Virus record (IMG/VR): IMGVR_UViG_3300037245_004243
Location: 32,001-96,000 of that record
Reading direction: 5' to 3' (one strand)
DNA length: 64,000 nt
Source of the DNA: an uncultured virus (IMG/VR IMGVR_UViG_3300037245_004243)
Lineage: Duplodnaviria; Heunggongvirae; Uroviricota; Caudoviricetes
Position numbers and translations under genes: made by a program
Shown: positions 55,828 through 64,000 of the stretch, one piece after another
Position numbering within the stretch: the first letter of the stretch is position 1
Layout of the letters: each line of letters begins with the position of its first letter
Notes under the pieces: model-generated
The model's database searches: none
What the model saw: the letters and a program-made list of their open reading frames with translations, nothing else
What the model was told of the DNA's origin: nothing

Positions 55828-56700
55828 TTAATTTAGTGATATCATCGATGCGGTCACCATTAACATTCCATCAATACTGATGGTTCCGGTTGCCGCATTA
55901 ATTGTTAAGGCGCCATCTGCATCCACGATAATTGATGTCGCTGATTTTAAATGCATTTTGGTAGATTCCACATTAAATCCGGTCACGCCTTGGACAGTAA
56001 TATTGCTGCCGCCCTTTATCAAAATGTTTCGGTCTCCCTCAACAATTATAAATTCCTCTCCTTTAATCTTGGTGACTTGGATGCCGTCTGGATGAATCTC
56101 CTTAAAGGACCCTGATTTATGTTGGAGATTTATGCGCTCTTTACCAGATGATCGGTCAAGCTCTAAAACATTATCACCAGATTGTATCACTAAATTATCT
56201 GGATATTCCGGATCAAATGTTGTTTCTGGCTCATCCCAGGTTTCATCGATGCATTCTACGCCGGTCTCAACTTCTGATTTTTTAGCGATCACGGCATCAG
56301 GGACCGGAGACCCGGTCGCATAATTCGATATGGGGGATGTGCCCAGGGAATCCTCAGTTGGATTTACACCATTTGGATCACTAAACCCCTTGGTAAAATC
56401 AGGCAACGTTTCTGGTATTTTAGCAACCGATCCCAATATAATCGGGAATTGCTCCTCATCATCAATGTACGATAAAACGACAACAGTGCCATTTTTTGGT
56501 ACAGAAAATTGGCTTGATTCATTTGACATGATCGTGCCGGATTGCAAAGTCTGCGCCCAAGGTAAGTCCGCCACAGGCATATAATCGGTCTGAGTTGAAT
56601 CGGTCCGATTTTCTGTATGCTTACCGATTATTCGAACCTGCACCCGCCCAAGCTTTTCAGAATCAATATTATTTTCGACTATGCCGTAATAAAGTCTCAT
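55828..56700 (-). CDS. gp5: baseplate spike, gp5-like, with no lysozyme domain
   Basis: YGIVEN..D...LGRVQVR..G.H, LPWA, P.ILGS, P.YP.N, E.D...G.ERI...H.SG.F.EI.PDG. Confidence 0.9.
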   Translation of the reverse strand: MRLYYGIVENNIDSEKLGRVQVRIIGKHTENRTDSTQTDYMPVADLPWAQTLQSGTIMSNESSQFSVPKNGTVVVLSYIDDEEQFPIILGSVAKIPETLPDFTKGFSDPNGVNPTEDSLGTSPISNYATGSPVPDAVIAKKSEVETGVECIDETWDEPETTFDPEYPDNLVIQSGDNVLELDRSSGKERINLQHKSGSFKEIHPDGIQVTKIKGEEFIIVEGDRNILIKGGSNITVQGVTGFNVESTKMHLKSATSIIVDADGALTINAATGTISIDGMLMVTASMISLN

Positions 56701-57017
56701 AATTGATTGTAATAATCCTCGACAGACATACCCTTGCCCATCTTTGTAAGTGCATCCAATCGGTTAACAAAAACCACCGGGACTTTTTTGCCAAGTTGCT
56801 TGTATGCCGCCGCGCGATGGTTGCCATCAATAATTTTAAAAAGTCCAATTGGATCGAGCCATTTTTTATTAATAAATGAAGGTGTGAGTTTTTCGCCACC
56901 CTTTATGCGCTTGACATATTTTTGCACAATAGAGTCTTTGTAGACCTCTATTTTTAACTTGCTTGCCGGGAGCATTAATGCTTTCGCCTCATTTAAAATT
57001 TGTCTGAAAGTTTTCAT
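56697..57017 (-). CDS. CTS-like leader plus ParB/Sulfiredoxin-like domain
   Basis: MKTFRQILNE|A; V.KY...I..G..L.P ... IIDGNHRAAA...LG..VPV. Confidence 0.75.
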   Translation of the reverse strand: MKTFRQILNEAKALMLPASKLKIEVYKDSIVQKYVKRIKGGEKLTPSFINKKWLDPIGLFKIIDGNHRAAAYKQLGKKVPVVFVNRLDALTKMGKGMSVEDYYNQL

Positions 57018-57463
57018 ATCACTATTTTTATAATTTTTGGATTGCGGACAACATAAATCATTTTGCCCATTTCATCAGTCTGGAGCATATCAATTTTGTT
57101 ATCGTTTAAATATTTTTCTATTGCCACGGCTCGCTGTTTGGAATTGCTCATAGAAAAATCTTTCATCAGCGATTTGCCTATGGCTTCGATTTTATCACCG
57201 AGTTCATTTCCCTCATATGAAATATCCCCGCTCGGATCTAAGAGCGGATTTTTAGGTCTCAATTCAACCTTGATTGAAACTGGTCCCCATCGGGTGTTTG
57301 GTTTATCCGTGAAATAAACCCCATTTCCATACAACCGCGCCCGTGTAATTTTCTTTTGCAATTTAAATCCAGTTGCCCGTATACCATCTGCGACCTTTTT
57401 CTCGACATTATGATATGTAACAAAATTTGTTTTTTCAGTTAAAATTTGATGAAAACTTTTCAT
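57014..57463 (-). CDS. CTS-like leader plus ART-like (H-Y type) fold
   Basis: MKSFHQILTE|K; TYH......I...GF.....LYG.GVYFT ... L...NPL ... YVV.NP..IK. Confidence 0.65.
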   Translation of the reverse strand: MKSFHQILTEKTNFVTYHNVEKKVADGIRATGFKLQKKITRARLYGNGVYFTDKPNTRWGPVSIKVELRPKNPLLDPSGDISYEGNELGDKIEAIGKSLMKDFSMSNSKQRAVAIEKYLNDNKIDMLQTDEMGKMIYVVRNPKIIKIVI

Positions 57464-58683
57464 ATTACAATATCCCCCGCCGCGCCCGGTAGATTATCAT
57501 CTAAATTTCTTGCATTTTTCGCCAGCATAATGTTCTGTGAATATTCGAATGCATTTGATATTGTATGCTTTATCGATAAAATAATCCAGCTCCCATCCAG
57601 AGAGGTATTCGGCTCAGTTAAATTATCCTGATTGGGATATTCAACCTTTAAAATGTCGCCTACTTTTCTATCCAGGGTGCCCAGGGTCCGCACCATCAAA
57701 CGATTATTATGCAGCAAGGTTACCATTTGAGCTGATCGGATTTGCGCCACATCGTGATTATGGTATTCCGGACCCACTTTGTTATTAGCAGAAAACAATT
57801 CAGATGAAAACAATAGGTTCCGGCCATTTGTTAAAAAGTTGGCCGCATTATCTGAATATGTTGCTTCGGTTTTAACGAATCCATATCGGTCGTTGTCAGC
57901 CAGTTTATAAAGGGTCTTGCCGAACAACCCCCGGCTTGCATCGATGTTGATATCAAAATATGCGTCTTGCTGGAAAAACTGCATATCATCAACTCGAAAA
58001 GACATCTCCCGTTTTGTTAAATATCGCAGCTCCTCGACAGGTTCCTGGGCGAGCAAATACGAAAGAGGCACAAAATGAAACCCTGCCATCGATTCAAAAA
58101 ATAAATAATCCATCTCGCCCTGGGCTGACACGGCATTTTTTGTCATAAAATCGATAACCGCCGAGCCCTGGCGATAATCACAAAAATAATCGACGACTTC
58201 GGAAGTATATTCTGCTGCAATAGTTTTTTCATGCGATTCATAAATATCCCGCACAATCGACTCAACGACATTTTCCGGATAATCAGAATATTTCCGGCTA
58301 ATCTGATTTAGGATATCAACTTGCTTTTCCGGAGAGTAAAAGTAACACTCTAAAATTTTGGATTTTGCTGATGTTTTTGTTATATCGAAATCCCTATTAA
58401 TTTTATATAACCGAAAGGAATAAACCCTCTGAATATTTGTTGCCCGTTCCTGAAAAGAAATCCTGATTTCTTCATTGCCGGAAAGAGACTCATTTTTAAA
58501 CATATCATAAGTGTCGGATATAAATACCTTGCCGGACATAAAATTTTCAAAGATAGATTCAAATAATTGTAAGCCCAAAAATATCTCGATTAAATCTATC
58601 CGTTTTCCTGCAATGGTAATCAAATCCAAAGAGAGGACTTTTATTGTTTCGAAGACTGGATTTTCAGTTCTAATGGATGCCAT
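57460..58683 (-). CDS. baseplate hub protein (gp27/VgrG-N-like)
   Basis: L.ESIF...MSG...I.D, G.E.I.ISF, YLFFE...GFHF, G....VG, G.W.I..I.H.I; lies between gp53 and gp5. Confidence 0.75.
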   Translation of the reverse strand: MASIRTENPVFETIKVLSLDLITIAGKRIDLIEIFLGLQLFESIFENFMSGKVFISDTYDMFKNESLSGNEEIRISFQERATNIQRVYSFRLYKINRDFDITKTSAKSKILECYFYSPEKQVDILNQISRKYSDYPENVVESIVRDIYESHEKTIAAEYTSEVVDYFCDYRQGSAVIDFMTKNAVSAQGEMDYLFFESMAGFHFVPLSYLLAQEPVEELRYLTKREMSFRVDDMQFFQQDAYFDINIDASRGLFGKTLYKLADNDRYGFVKTEATYSDNAANFLTNGRNLLFSSELFSANNKVGPEYHNHDVAQIRSAQMVTLLHNNRLMVRTLGTLDRKVGDILKVEYPNQDNLTEPNTSLDGSWIILSIKHTISNAFEYSQNIMLAKNARNLDDNLPGAAGDIVI

Positions 58684-58684
58684 T

Positions 58685-59110
58685 TTATTCCGGTTTGTTT
58701 TTCAAAACATCAGACAAAAATTCATTAACAAATTCAGATTTTAAAACTTTGATTTTCCGTTTAACATCGTTCTCTGCCTGGAGGAGATCATAATTAACTC
58801 CAAATATGGTCAAATCCAAGGACCCTTCACTTGCAATGGTCATCTCCCGCGCGATGATCTGGAGCACAGCATCCGGCAAAGGTAAATCAAAAATCATATC
58901 TCGGATGTCATTAATAATTACCAATACCCAATAAAGCTCAGTATCCGCATATTCATCGAAGGCCACACTTTCTAAAGTCTCGTGTTCCATCAACGTTTTT
59001 GTATACAGATATCTGTCTTCCAGGGCAGCAGTCAAAACATATTTATTAAAAATATTCCTGACTGTAAAATCCCCGGTTTGCATCAATGGCATTAAATCAA
59101 AATATTTCAT
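58685..59110 (-). CDS. gp53: baseplate wedge subunit
   Basis: YF...P, E..E.VA...Y....LYWV....N.I.D...D.PL, END.KR.IKVL. Confidence 0.88.
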   Translation of the reverse strand: MKYFDLMPLMQTGDFTVRNIFNKYVLTAALEDRYLYTKTLMEHETLESVAFDEYADTELYWVLVIINDIRDMIFDLPLPDAVLQIIAREMTIASEGSLDLTIFGVNYDLLQAENDVKRKIKVLKSEFVNEFLSDVLKNKPE

Positions 59111-59889
59111 TATATACCTAAGTTATATTCGTTTCTGCTGACGCGCTCGAGTTCTTTTAAAGTTATATCTAATGCGACAGAAGTGGGTGCACCATCCCGG
59201 TAGAAAGACTGTATATCATCAGGGAGGTAATTTACTGAAAGATTCGTGATAACTGATGCTTTAAAAATTAATAATTTATCGAATAAATTGCCACTTTCGC
59301 CGGATGGAAAATGTACTTTTACCATAAAAAACGATGGATAATCGATTACGTTTCCATAAAAATCTGCAATGCTTTGTTTTTTGAAAAACTCAATAACTTC
59401 CGCGAGACGTTGACTGTCCTTTTGACCTTTCGGTAGCAGTTTAAAAGAAAACTGCCATTCCCTAAAATCGGTTAAGCCAAATGCTAAAGACTGAAGGTCA
59501 TTGGTAGTTGAACCTTTTCTGGTTTCCGCAAATTTTGCTATACTGGTTGAGAATCCACGTATGAAATCGATCCCACTTTTTATACCCAATTGAAGCAAAT
59601 TCTTTGCACCGAGGCCTTCCTGCGTTTCCCAGTTAACACTTTGCTGGTCATTTATACTTTCGGCCAATGGTAAAGATACAGAGCCGCGCGATGTGTTCCT
59701 GATAAAAATAGAAGAGTTCTTTTTTGCGTTTCCATCTATATGCCATTTATATGCAGTAAACTGAATATAAGGAACATTTGGGATGTTATTGGGATCACTA
59801 CTCGCAGTGGTATACCCAACTCTGTTTAAATTAGTTGGAAACACTAATCGAGGTGTCGTGTTTTTATTATTATAAGTTTTATTTTCCAT
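59110..59889 (-). CDS. gp48: baseplate tail-tube cap
   Basis: L.FP, V.LP....I.D....W, F....FR...FSFKL.P....S..L..I..FK, YP..F.V, VNY.P, G.P....L...L.ELE. Confidence 0.85.
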   Translation of the reverse strand: MENKTYNNKNTTPRLVFPTNLNRVGYTTASSDPNNIPNVPYIQFTAYKWHIDGNAKKNSSIFIRNTSRGSVSLPLAESINDQQSVNWETQEGLGAKNLLQLGIKSGIDFIRGFSTSIAKFAETRKGSTTNDLQSLAFGLTDFREWQFSFKLLPKGQKDSQRLAEVIEFFKKQSIADFYGNVIDYPSFFMVKVHFPSGESGNLFDKLLIFKASVITNLSVNYLPDDIQSFYRDGAPTSVALDITLKELERVSRNEYNLGI

Positions 59890-59935
59890 TAATTATCTCT
59901 TATCGCGGGACCGCGTGATTGAAGGACCTATAAAT

Positions 59936-59969
59936 AAAAAGGGCTCAGGGATTCTTCCTGAGCCCTTTT
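59936..59969 (-). terminator. Rho-independent (bidirectional-type) terminator after gp23
   Basis: AAAAGGGCTCAGG / CCTGAGCCCTTTT. Confidence 0.9.
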
Positions 59970-60000
59970 GGACTTCTTTAATTCAGACACTTACCGCCGA

Positions 60001-61365
60001 TTATTCAGGCAGGTTCTGAACGTCGATTGCATGGTAATAATCACCCGCGCCGAACAAGTTGTCAGCCACTCCATACCGAGTATGGAAGAATGTTCTTGGC
60101 TGGCCGTCTTCCTCGCCATAACCCTTTTTGATCTGAAGGGGAATATAAGGTGCGTAATAAATACCGGCATCGATCTCATTCGGACCCTTGTAACCAAGGT
60201 GCATTTTGTCGTCTGTGGCATAGATGTCAACGTAACAATCCATGTTCAGGGCCTTGCCAGCATAGCTGGTTTTAACCGGATCGACATTTTCTGTGGTCAG
60301 TTTGCCAGCCGCCTCGATTACGCTGAGGACGCCAGGGGAAACAATACAGAAGTTAGCCATACCGCGCCTATTGGTCACAGCAAGTTTTCTTTTCTGACGG
60401 GCAATGTGCGCCATCAGGGTCTGGTATTTTTCCATTTCCCATCTACCGGTCTCGCCAGCAGTGGTAGCATCGAAATCCCAGGATGTGGATGTTCCGGCTT
60501 TGGCCGCGATCAGGGCGATAAACTCGCGATTCATTTCCACGACGATCTCATCGGAGGCGATGGAGGTCAGAAGACGCTCGGCATTCATATTATGGATGGC
60601 CATAAGATCTTGCTCGAGTTCCTCAGTCCACTTGGCTTTCAGCTTTCTGGTCTTGGCCGTTACGGTCGCGGTCTCGATGTTGAAACCAACTTCCTTCATG
60701 GTCGTTGACAGATCTTCACCGGTTGCGGTGCTCATGGTTCCGGTATAGTTGCTGAAGATGATTTTCTGCAGGGCCTCATTGTCGTAAGATACAACAACCG
60801 AAGCCTCCTTTGCGTTAAAAGCGGCTGCATTGTCGATCTCGCCGGTATAAGCAATGTTCTTCGTGCCGGAGGTGATCTCGCAAAGCATGTTAGCGCCTTC
60901 GATGTGGCGAACTTTACCAGTCATCTCGTCGGCTGTAACGGAAAAATCGCCGCCAACGGTAAAGTCAGCAGTGGCTGCTTCATCCAAGGTGAAGATGATA
61001 CCAACTGCTCTGGTAATCGGGTTGACAGTGTCATTGTGAAAAGCCGCGCGAAGGGCGAAAATCAGGCCGGTCGGGCCGCTCATGGGCTGCGTTCCAAAAA
61101 TTGACATTCCGATCAGGGCTGGCATAACACGCCTCAGCATCGGGATCAGGATGGGCGAAAAGTCGCCAGTACCGGCAGCAGCGTTGGTCCGCTCTTTCAG
61201 CTCTTCAGTATTTTCAAGCAGTTGGGCGACAGTAGCATAATCCATATTGTCCAGTTTCGGACAAGTGGAGACAAAAGACTCCCATTTGCCGGTACCTTCC
61301 AGCAAGGGCATCCATTTGTCAAGCACTTCCTGCTCAACCGTAAAAGTTTCATACATTTTTTCCAT
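60001..61365 (-). CDS. gp23: major capsid protein
   Basis: PILIPMLRR..P, GTQPMSGPTGLIFALR, V.AKTRKLKA.WT.EL.QDL.A.H, E.NRE, AGIYYAPYIPL, QP...F.TRYG. Confidence 0.98.
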   Translation of the reverse strand: MEKMYETFTVEQEVLDKWMPLLEGTGKWESFVSTCPKLDNMDYATVAQLLENTEELKERTNAAAGTGDFSPILIPMLRRVMPALIGMSIFGTQPMSGPTGLIFALRAAFHNDTVNPITRAVGIIFTLDEAATADFTVGGDFSVTADEMTGKVRHIEGANMLCEITSGTKNIAYTGEIDNAAAFNAKEASVVVSYDNEALQKIIFSNYTGTMSTATGEDLSTTMKEVGFNIETATVTAKTRKLKAKWTEELEQDLMAIHNMNAERLLTSIASDEIVVEMNREFIALIAAKAGTSTSWDFDATTAGETGRWEMEKYQTLMAHIARQKRKLAVTNRRGMANFCIVSPGVLSVIEAAGKLTTENVDPVKTSYAGKALNMDCYVDIYATDDKMHLGYKGPNEIDAGIYYAPYIPLQIKKGYGEEDGQPRTFFHTRYGVADNLFGAGDYYHAIDVQNLPE

Positions 61366-61415
61366 TTTGGTTCTCCTTTAAGTTTTTCAAAAATATAAAT
61401 TAACTTGTCAAATGT

Positions 61416-61427
61416 TATTTACCGTTT
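61416..61427 (-). promoter_or_regulatory. putative late promoter AAACGGTAAATA (gp23)
   Basis: Exact 12-mer shared with the gp18 and gp22 upstream regions. Confidence 0.65.
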
Positions 61428-61438
61428 GAGCCTACCCT

Positions 61439-62164
61439 TTACGGTAAATAAATGTCGATTTGGGAATCACCATCGTTCTCATCGTTCTCGTCATGGTTGA
61501 CGCCCTCATTCAATGAATCGCCTTTGTTCTTGTTGGGGTCATCATTCTCGTCATTGGCGTCTTCGACTACCTTGGCGATCAAGATTTTGGTTTTCTCTTC
61601 GAAAGCCTCGACGTCCTCGGCATCAACACCTTCCAGCAGGTCCAGGACCTTTTCGGCATCGGTATCGGTAACATCAGATTCGGAAATCAGGCGTTTGAAC
61701 ATCAAAGCCTTTTCATATTCCAGAATCTGCTTTTGACTTTCAATGCCGCTGTTGATGGAATCATTCAGCTTTTCGTTGACCTTGGTAACTTTGCCTTCCA
61801 GATCGGCAACAACATCGGTCTCGCTTTCGGGAACAACGATGTATTGCTCTTTGAGCAGGGCCATCAGGCCTTTCATAACGGCCTCAGAAACGTTGACCTT
61901 GATATCAGATTCGATTGCCGGGATGTTCTCCTCGATGAATTCATCGACGGCCACTTTCGAGTATTCGGAAAGTTTGTCGACCAATTCAACCTTGAATTTG
62001 GCCATTTCGGTTTTATTGGATTCCTCAAGCTCGGTCTCTTTCTCAACGAGCGCCACTTTGACTTTCTCGTTAAGGGCCGAATCAAACAGGGTGCCGATTT
62101 CCGTGATGGCTTCATCAGATACCTGATCCTTGAAGTATTTTTCCAAGAGTTTCTTTAAATCCAT
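61439..62164 (-). CDS. gp22: prohead core scaffold
   Basis: I.T.F..A...KV, L..KL..Y...AV.EF..EN..AIE..IK....E..M.GL..L..E..I.VP; located between gp21 and gp23. Confidence 0.88.
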   Translation of the reverse strand: MDLKKLLEKYFKDQVSDEAITEIGTLFDSALNEKVKVALVEKETELEESNKTEMAKFKVELVDKLSEYSKVAVDEFIEENIPAIESDIKVNVSEAVMKGLMALLKEQYIVVPESETDVVADLEGKVTKVNEKLNDSINSGIESQKQILEYEKALMFKRLISESDVTDTDAEKVLDLLEGVDAEDVEAFEEKTKILIAKVVEDANDENDDPNKNKGDSLNEGVNHDENDENDGDSQIDIYLP

Positions 62165-62222
62165 TTGTTTCTCCTTTGAAAATTTAACGTTATATAAAAA
62201 TATGTTTTTCTTGCTATAAAGT

Positions 62223-62234
62223 TATTTACCGTTT
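62223..62234 (-). promoter_or_regulatory. putative late promoter AAACGGTAAATA (gp22)
   Basis: Third exact copy. Confidence 0.65.
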
Positions 62235-62254
62235 TGAAAGAAATAAAACAATAT

Positions 62255-62764
62255 TTATTTCATTTCAATTTCGACCCTAAAACCTTTACCATCTTTTTCG
62301 GTACCGATATGTTTGATTTTGTCCATATCACCCTTCAGCGCTTCTTTATACCGTTTGGTTAATTCCTCGGAAGTCGTCCCTTCACCCACTTTATAGGTCA
62401 TGGTCACGAGTTTACCTTTGCGTTTCATCACGGGTTTAATTGGATCATCGGTACCATCGATCATAGAATCGAGAACGTGCTTGATGTTTTCAGACACCAT
62501 TGAACCAATGCTCAGGACTTTGCCGCCCTTCTGCATTATACGACCGGCAATTTTGTCCCATCCATTAAGAATGGTAACCGTGCTGTCATTATCCCATTTG
62601 AAATCTCGGTCAACCTTCATTTTACCGGCAGCAAACAAACTGTTAAGACGGCCTTTATCGTTACCGGAAACGGTAAGTTTCCGAGCTTTTTTCTCAGCGA
62701 GATTTTTTTGATGCTCCATGAGGTCTTCATATAGTTCATCAAATTTAATTGCTTTGTACGACAT
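62255..62764 (-). CDS. hypothetical protein inserted between gp21 and gp22, probably head-internal
   Basis: IKFDELYE leader; LAE and VSE candidate gp21 sites. Confidence 0.55.
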   Translation of the reverse strand: MSYKAIKFDELYEDLMEHQKNLAEKKARKLTVSGNDKGRLNSLFAAGKMKVDRDFKWDNDSTVTILNGWDKIAGRIMQKGGKVLSIGSMVSENIKHVLDSMIDGTDDPIKPVMKRKGKLVTMTYKVGEGTTSEELTKRYKEALKGDMDKIKHIGTEKDGKGFRVEIEMK

Positions 62765-63645
62765 TACTCCTCCTCGGTATCAAGGATTTCAATTTTACCG
62801 CGCTTGAAAGCATCTTCTGCCGCCGCAAAATCATCCTCATTTTTGAATTTGTAATAATTGGTCCCATCCGTTTTGAATTTGACTTTCTCGTCCTTTAATA
62901 GGTCGAGGGCCTTTCTGGCATCACGAACAGCGACTTCAATTGCCCATTTTTCGTGGAGTTTAGCATTGCCGCTAATAGTGGCAATATATTGTTTAAATAA
63001 TCCGATGCAAACTTCATCTCGCTCCTTCTGAGATGATTTTTCCAGTGCATCCTTATATATGTCGATTTCTTCCGACAGATCTTTTCCAACCAATACCCCG
63101 TTCTGCCATACCCATTCCGCGCTCTCAAACACCGCATTTACAAATGCATGAGGTGCCGATGGATTAGTCACGATATCGCCCAGGGAAACGAGATGCAGAC
63201 TTTGCACAATTTTGGCACCACCGGACTCTTTAACATCCCCAAACCCACGCGAGGATATACCTAATTGAACTCCACCCTCTATCAGATTTTTTACCTGTTT
63301 TCCGTGAGTTGTATTTAAAACCAGTGCCTTTGTTCTGAAATTGTTAGCGTCTTCATTGACCTCGGTGAATCGATGGGATATCCGATCTGGATTGATTTCG
63401 GATGATTTTTCTATGGGGTGATTCAGCTCCCCAACTGCCCGGCCATACTTCATCATTTCATTGACGTGCTTGGTGATGGCCTCTCCTAATACATTCTTAG
63501 GATAAACACGTCCATTTTTATTTTTGATTTCACTTTGAAGGGTTACACCCTCGATGTACATGTCCCGCCGCTTTTTACCCTCATCAAGTTCAACAATATC
63601 CTCGGAGATGACGATATCTGCGGTTATTTCGCAAAGTTCCCTCAT
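62764..63645 (-). CDS. gp21: prohead protease with a C-terminal extension
   Basis: YIEG...Q....N.NGRVYP, GELNHP, SH, G.QLGISSRG.G, DIV..PSAP.AFV. Confidence 0.95.
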   Translation of the reverse strand: MRELCEITADIVISEDIVELDEGKKRRDMYIEGVTLQSEIKNKNGRVYPKNVLGEAITKHVNEMMKYGRAVGELNHPIEKSSEINPDRISHRFTEVNEDANNFRTKALVLNTTHGKQVKNLIEGGVQLGISSRGFGDVKESGGAKIVQSLHLVSLGDIVTNPSAPHAFVNAVFESAEWVWQNGVLVGKDLSEEIDIYKDALEKSSQKERDEVCIGLFKQYIATISGNAKLHEKWAIEVAVRDARKALDLLKDEKVKFKTDGTNYYKFKNEDDFAAAEDAFKRGKIEILDTEEE

Positions 63646-63657
63646 AACGTCTCTCCC

Positions 63658-63981
63658 TTATCCCGGAAATTCGACCTTGGATTTGACCATTTTCAAATTG
63701 GCCTCTGCCTTCGATAGAGTTATTCCGGCTTGTTTCGGGTCCAGATTTGGTTTCTTTTTGGCAATCTCATAATTGGACTGAGCCTTGGCCACAGCTTTTT
63801 CAGCAGCCTCAAGATCGCTCTTGTCGAGTCTTTCCTGGACTTCGACCCCGGCCATATCCGCTGCAACCTTCTGAGTGATCTCGGCATGGGAATCGGAATA
63901 TATGGCGCTCATTTTACCCTTAAGACGACTGATAAAACCAACTGCATCGTCGGCTAAAGCTTGTTTTAATAGTTTATCCAT
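63658..63981 (-). CDS. prohead core protein, gp67-like N-terminus
   Basis: M..L...AL..D...F...L...M........I...VA..M helix pattern directly upstream of gp21. Confidence 0.5.
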   Translation of the reverse strand: MDKLLKQALADDAVGFISRLKGKMSAIYSDSHAEITQKVAADMAGVEVQERLDKSDLEAAEKAVAKAQSNYEIAKKKPNLDPKQAGITLSKAEANLKMVKSKVEFPG

Positions 63982-64000
63982 TGATTTTTCTCCTTGCTAA

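Noticed and set aside
55828-56700. gp5 lacking a lysozyme domain
   Set aside because: Common among non-enteric T4-like phages, so not novel.
59929-59936. Exact T4 late box TATAAATA
   Set aside because: It is on the + strand, points into the gp23 terminator against local gene direction, and overlaps that terminator's A-tract.
1-64000. CRISPR array, integrase/transposase, reverse transcriptase/DGR, intron or intein
   Set aside because: I recognised no regularly spaced repeat-spacer units, no RT, integrase or homing-endonuclease motifs, and gp17, gp18 and gp23 are uninterrupted.
1-64000. Alternative genetic code
   Set aside because: Core genes translate full length under the standard code, and TAA, TGA and TAG all appear as real stops.

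Overview
This window is 64 kb of a large T4-like (Tevenvirinae/Straboviridae-style) myovirus genome. Assignments come from recognising motifs and gene order by eye; no searches were run. The + strand carries an early/replication block (gp33-, gp59-, gp32-like, 0.4-6.9 kb) and an early accessory island (Dda-like helicase, DUF262 protein, many small ORFs, 23.0-29.7 kb). The - strand carries the virion module: gp67-gp21-gp22-gp23, baseplate (gp48, 53, 27-like, 5, PAAR, 25, 6, 7-like), fibres, lysis genes, gp13, gp14, then gp17-18-19-54-26-51-tape measure-15, a 2215-aa lectin-like giant protein and gp16. One tRNA-Ala(TGC) is present. The most notable signals are these. (1) About 17-18 unrelated genes inserted among the structural genes share an N-terminal MK(T/S)(F/Y)xxIL(x)E leader resembling the T4 internal-protein capsid-targeting sequence. 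Their cargoes include four ADP-ribosyltransferase-like folds, a ParB/Srx-like domain, a Cys-His-Asp fold and an HExxH peptidase, suggesting a greatly expanded set of packaged, injected effectors. (2) Two tiny ORFs fuse twin-arginine-like leaders to peptides resembling the most conserved segments of the phage's own major capsid protein. (3) Two near-perfect sigma-28-type promoters occur in the early island. (4) A candidate -1 frameshift joins gp26 to gp51. (5) A structured 330-nt non-coding tract follows gp32.
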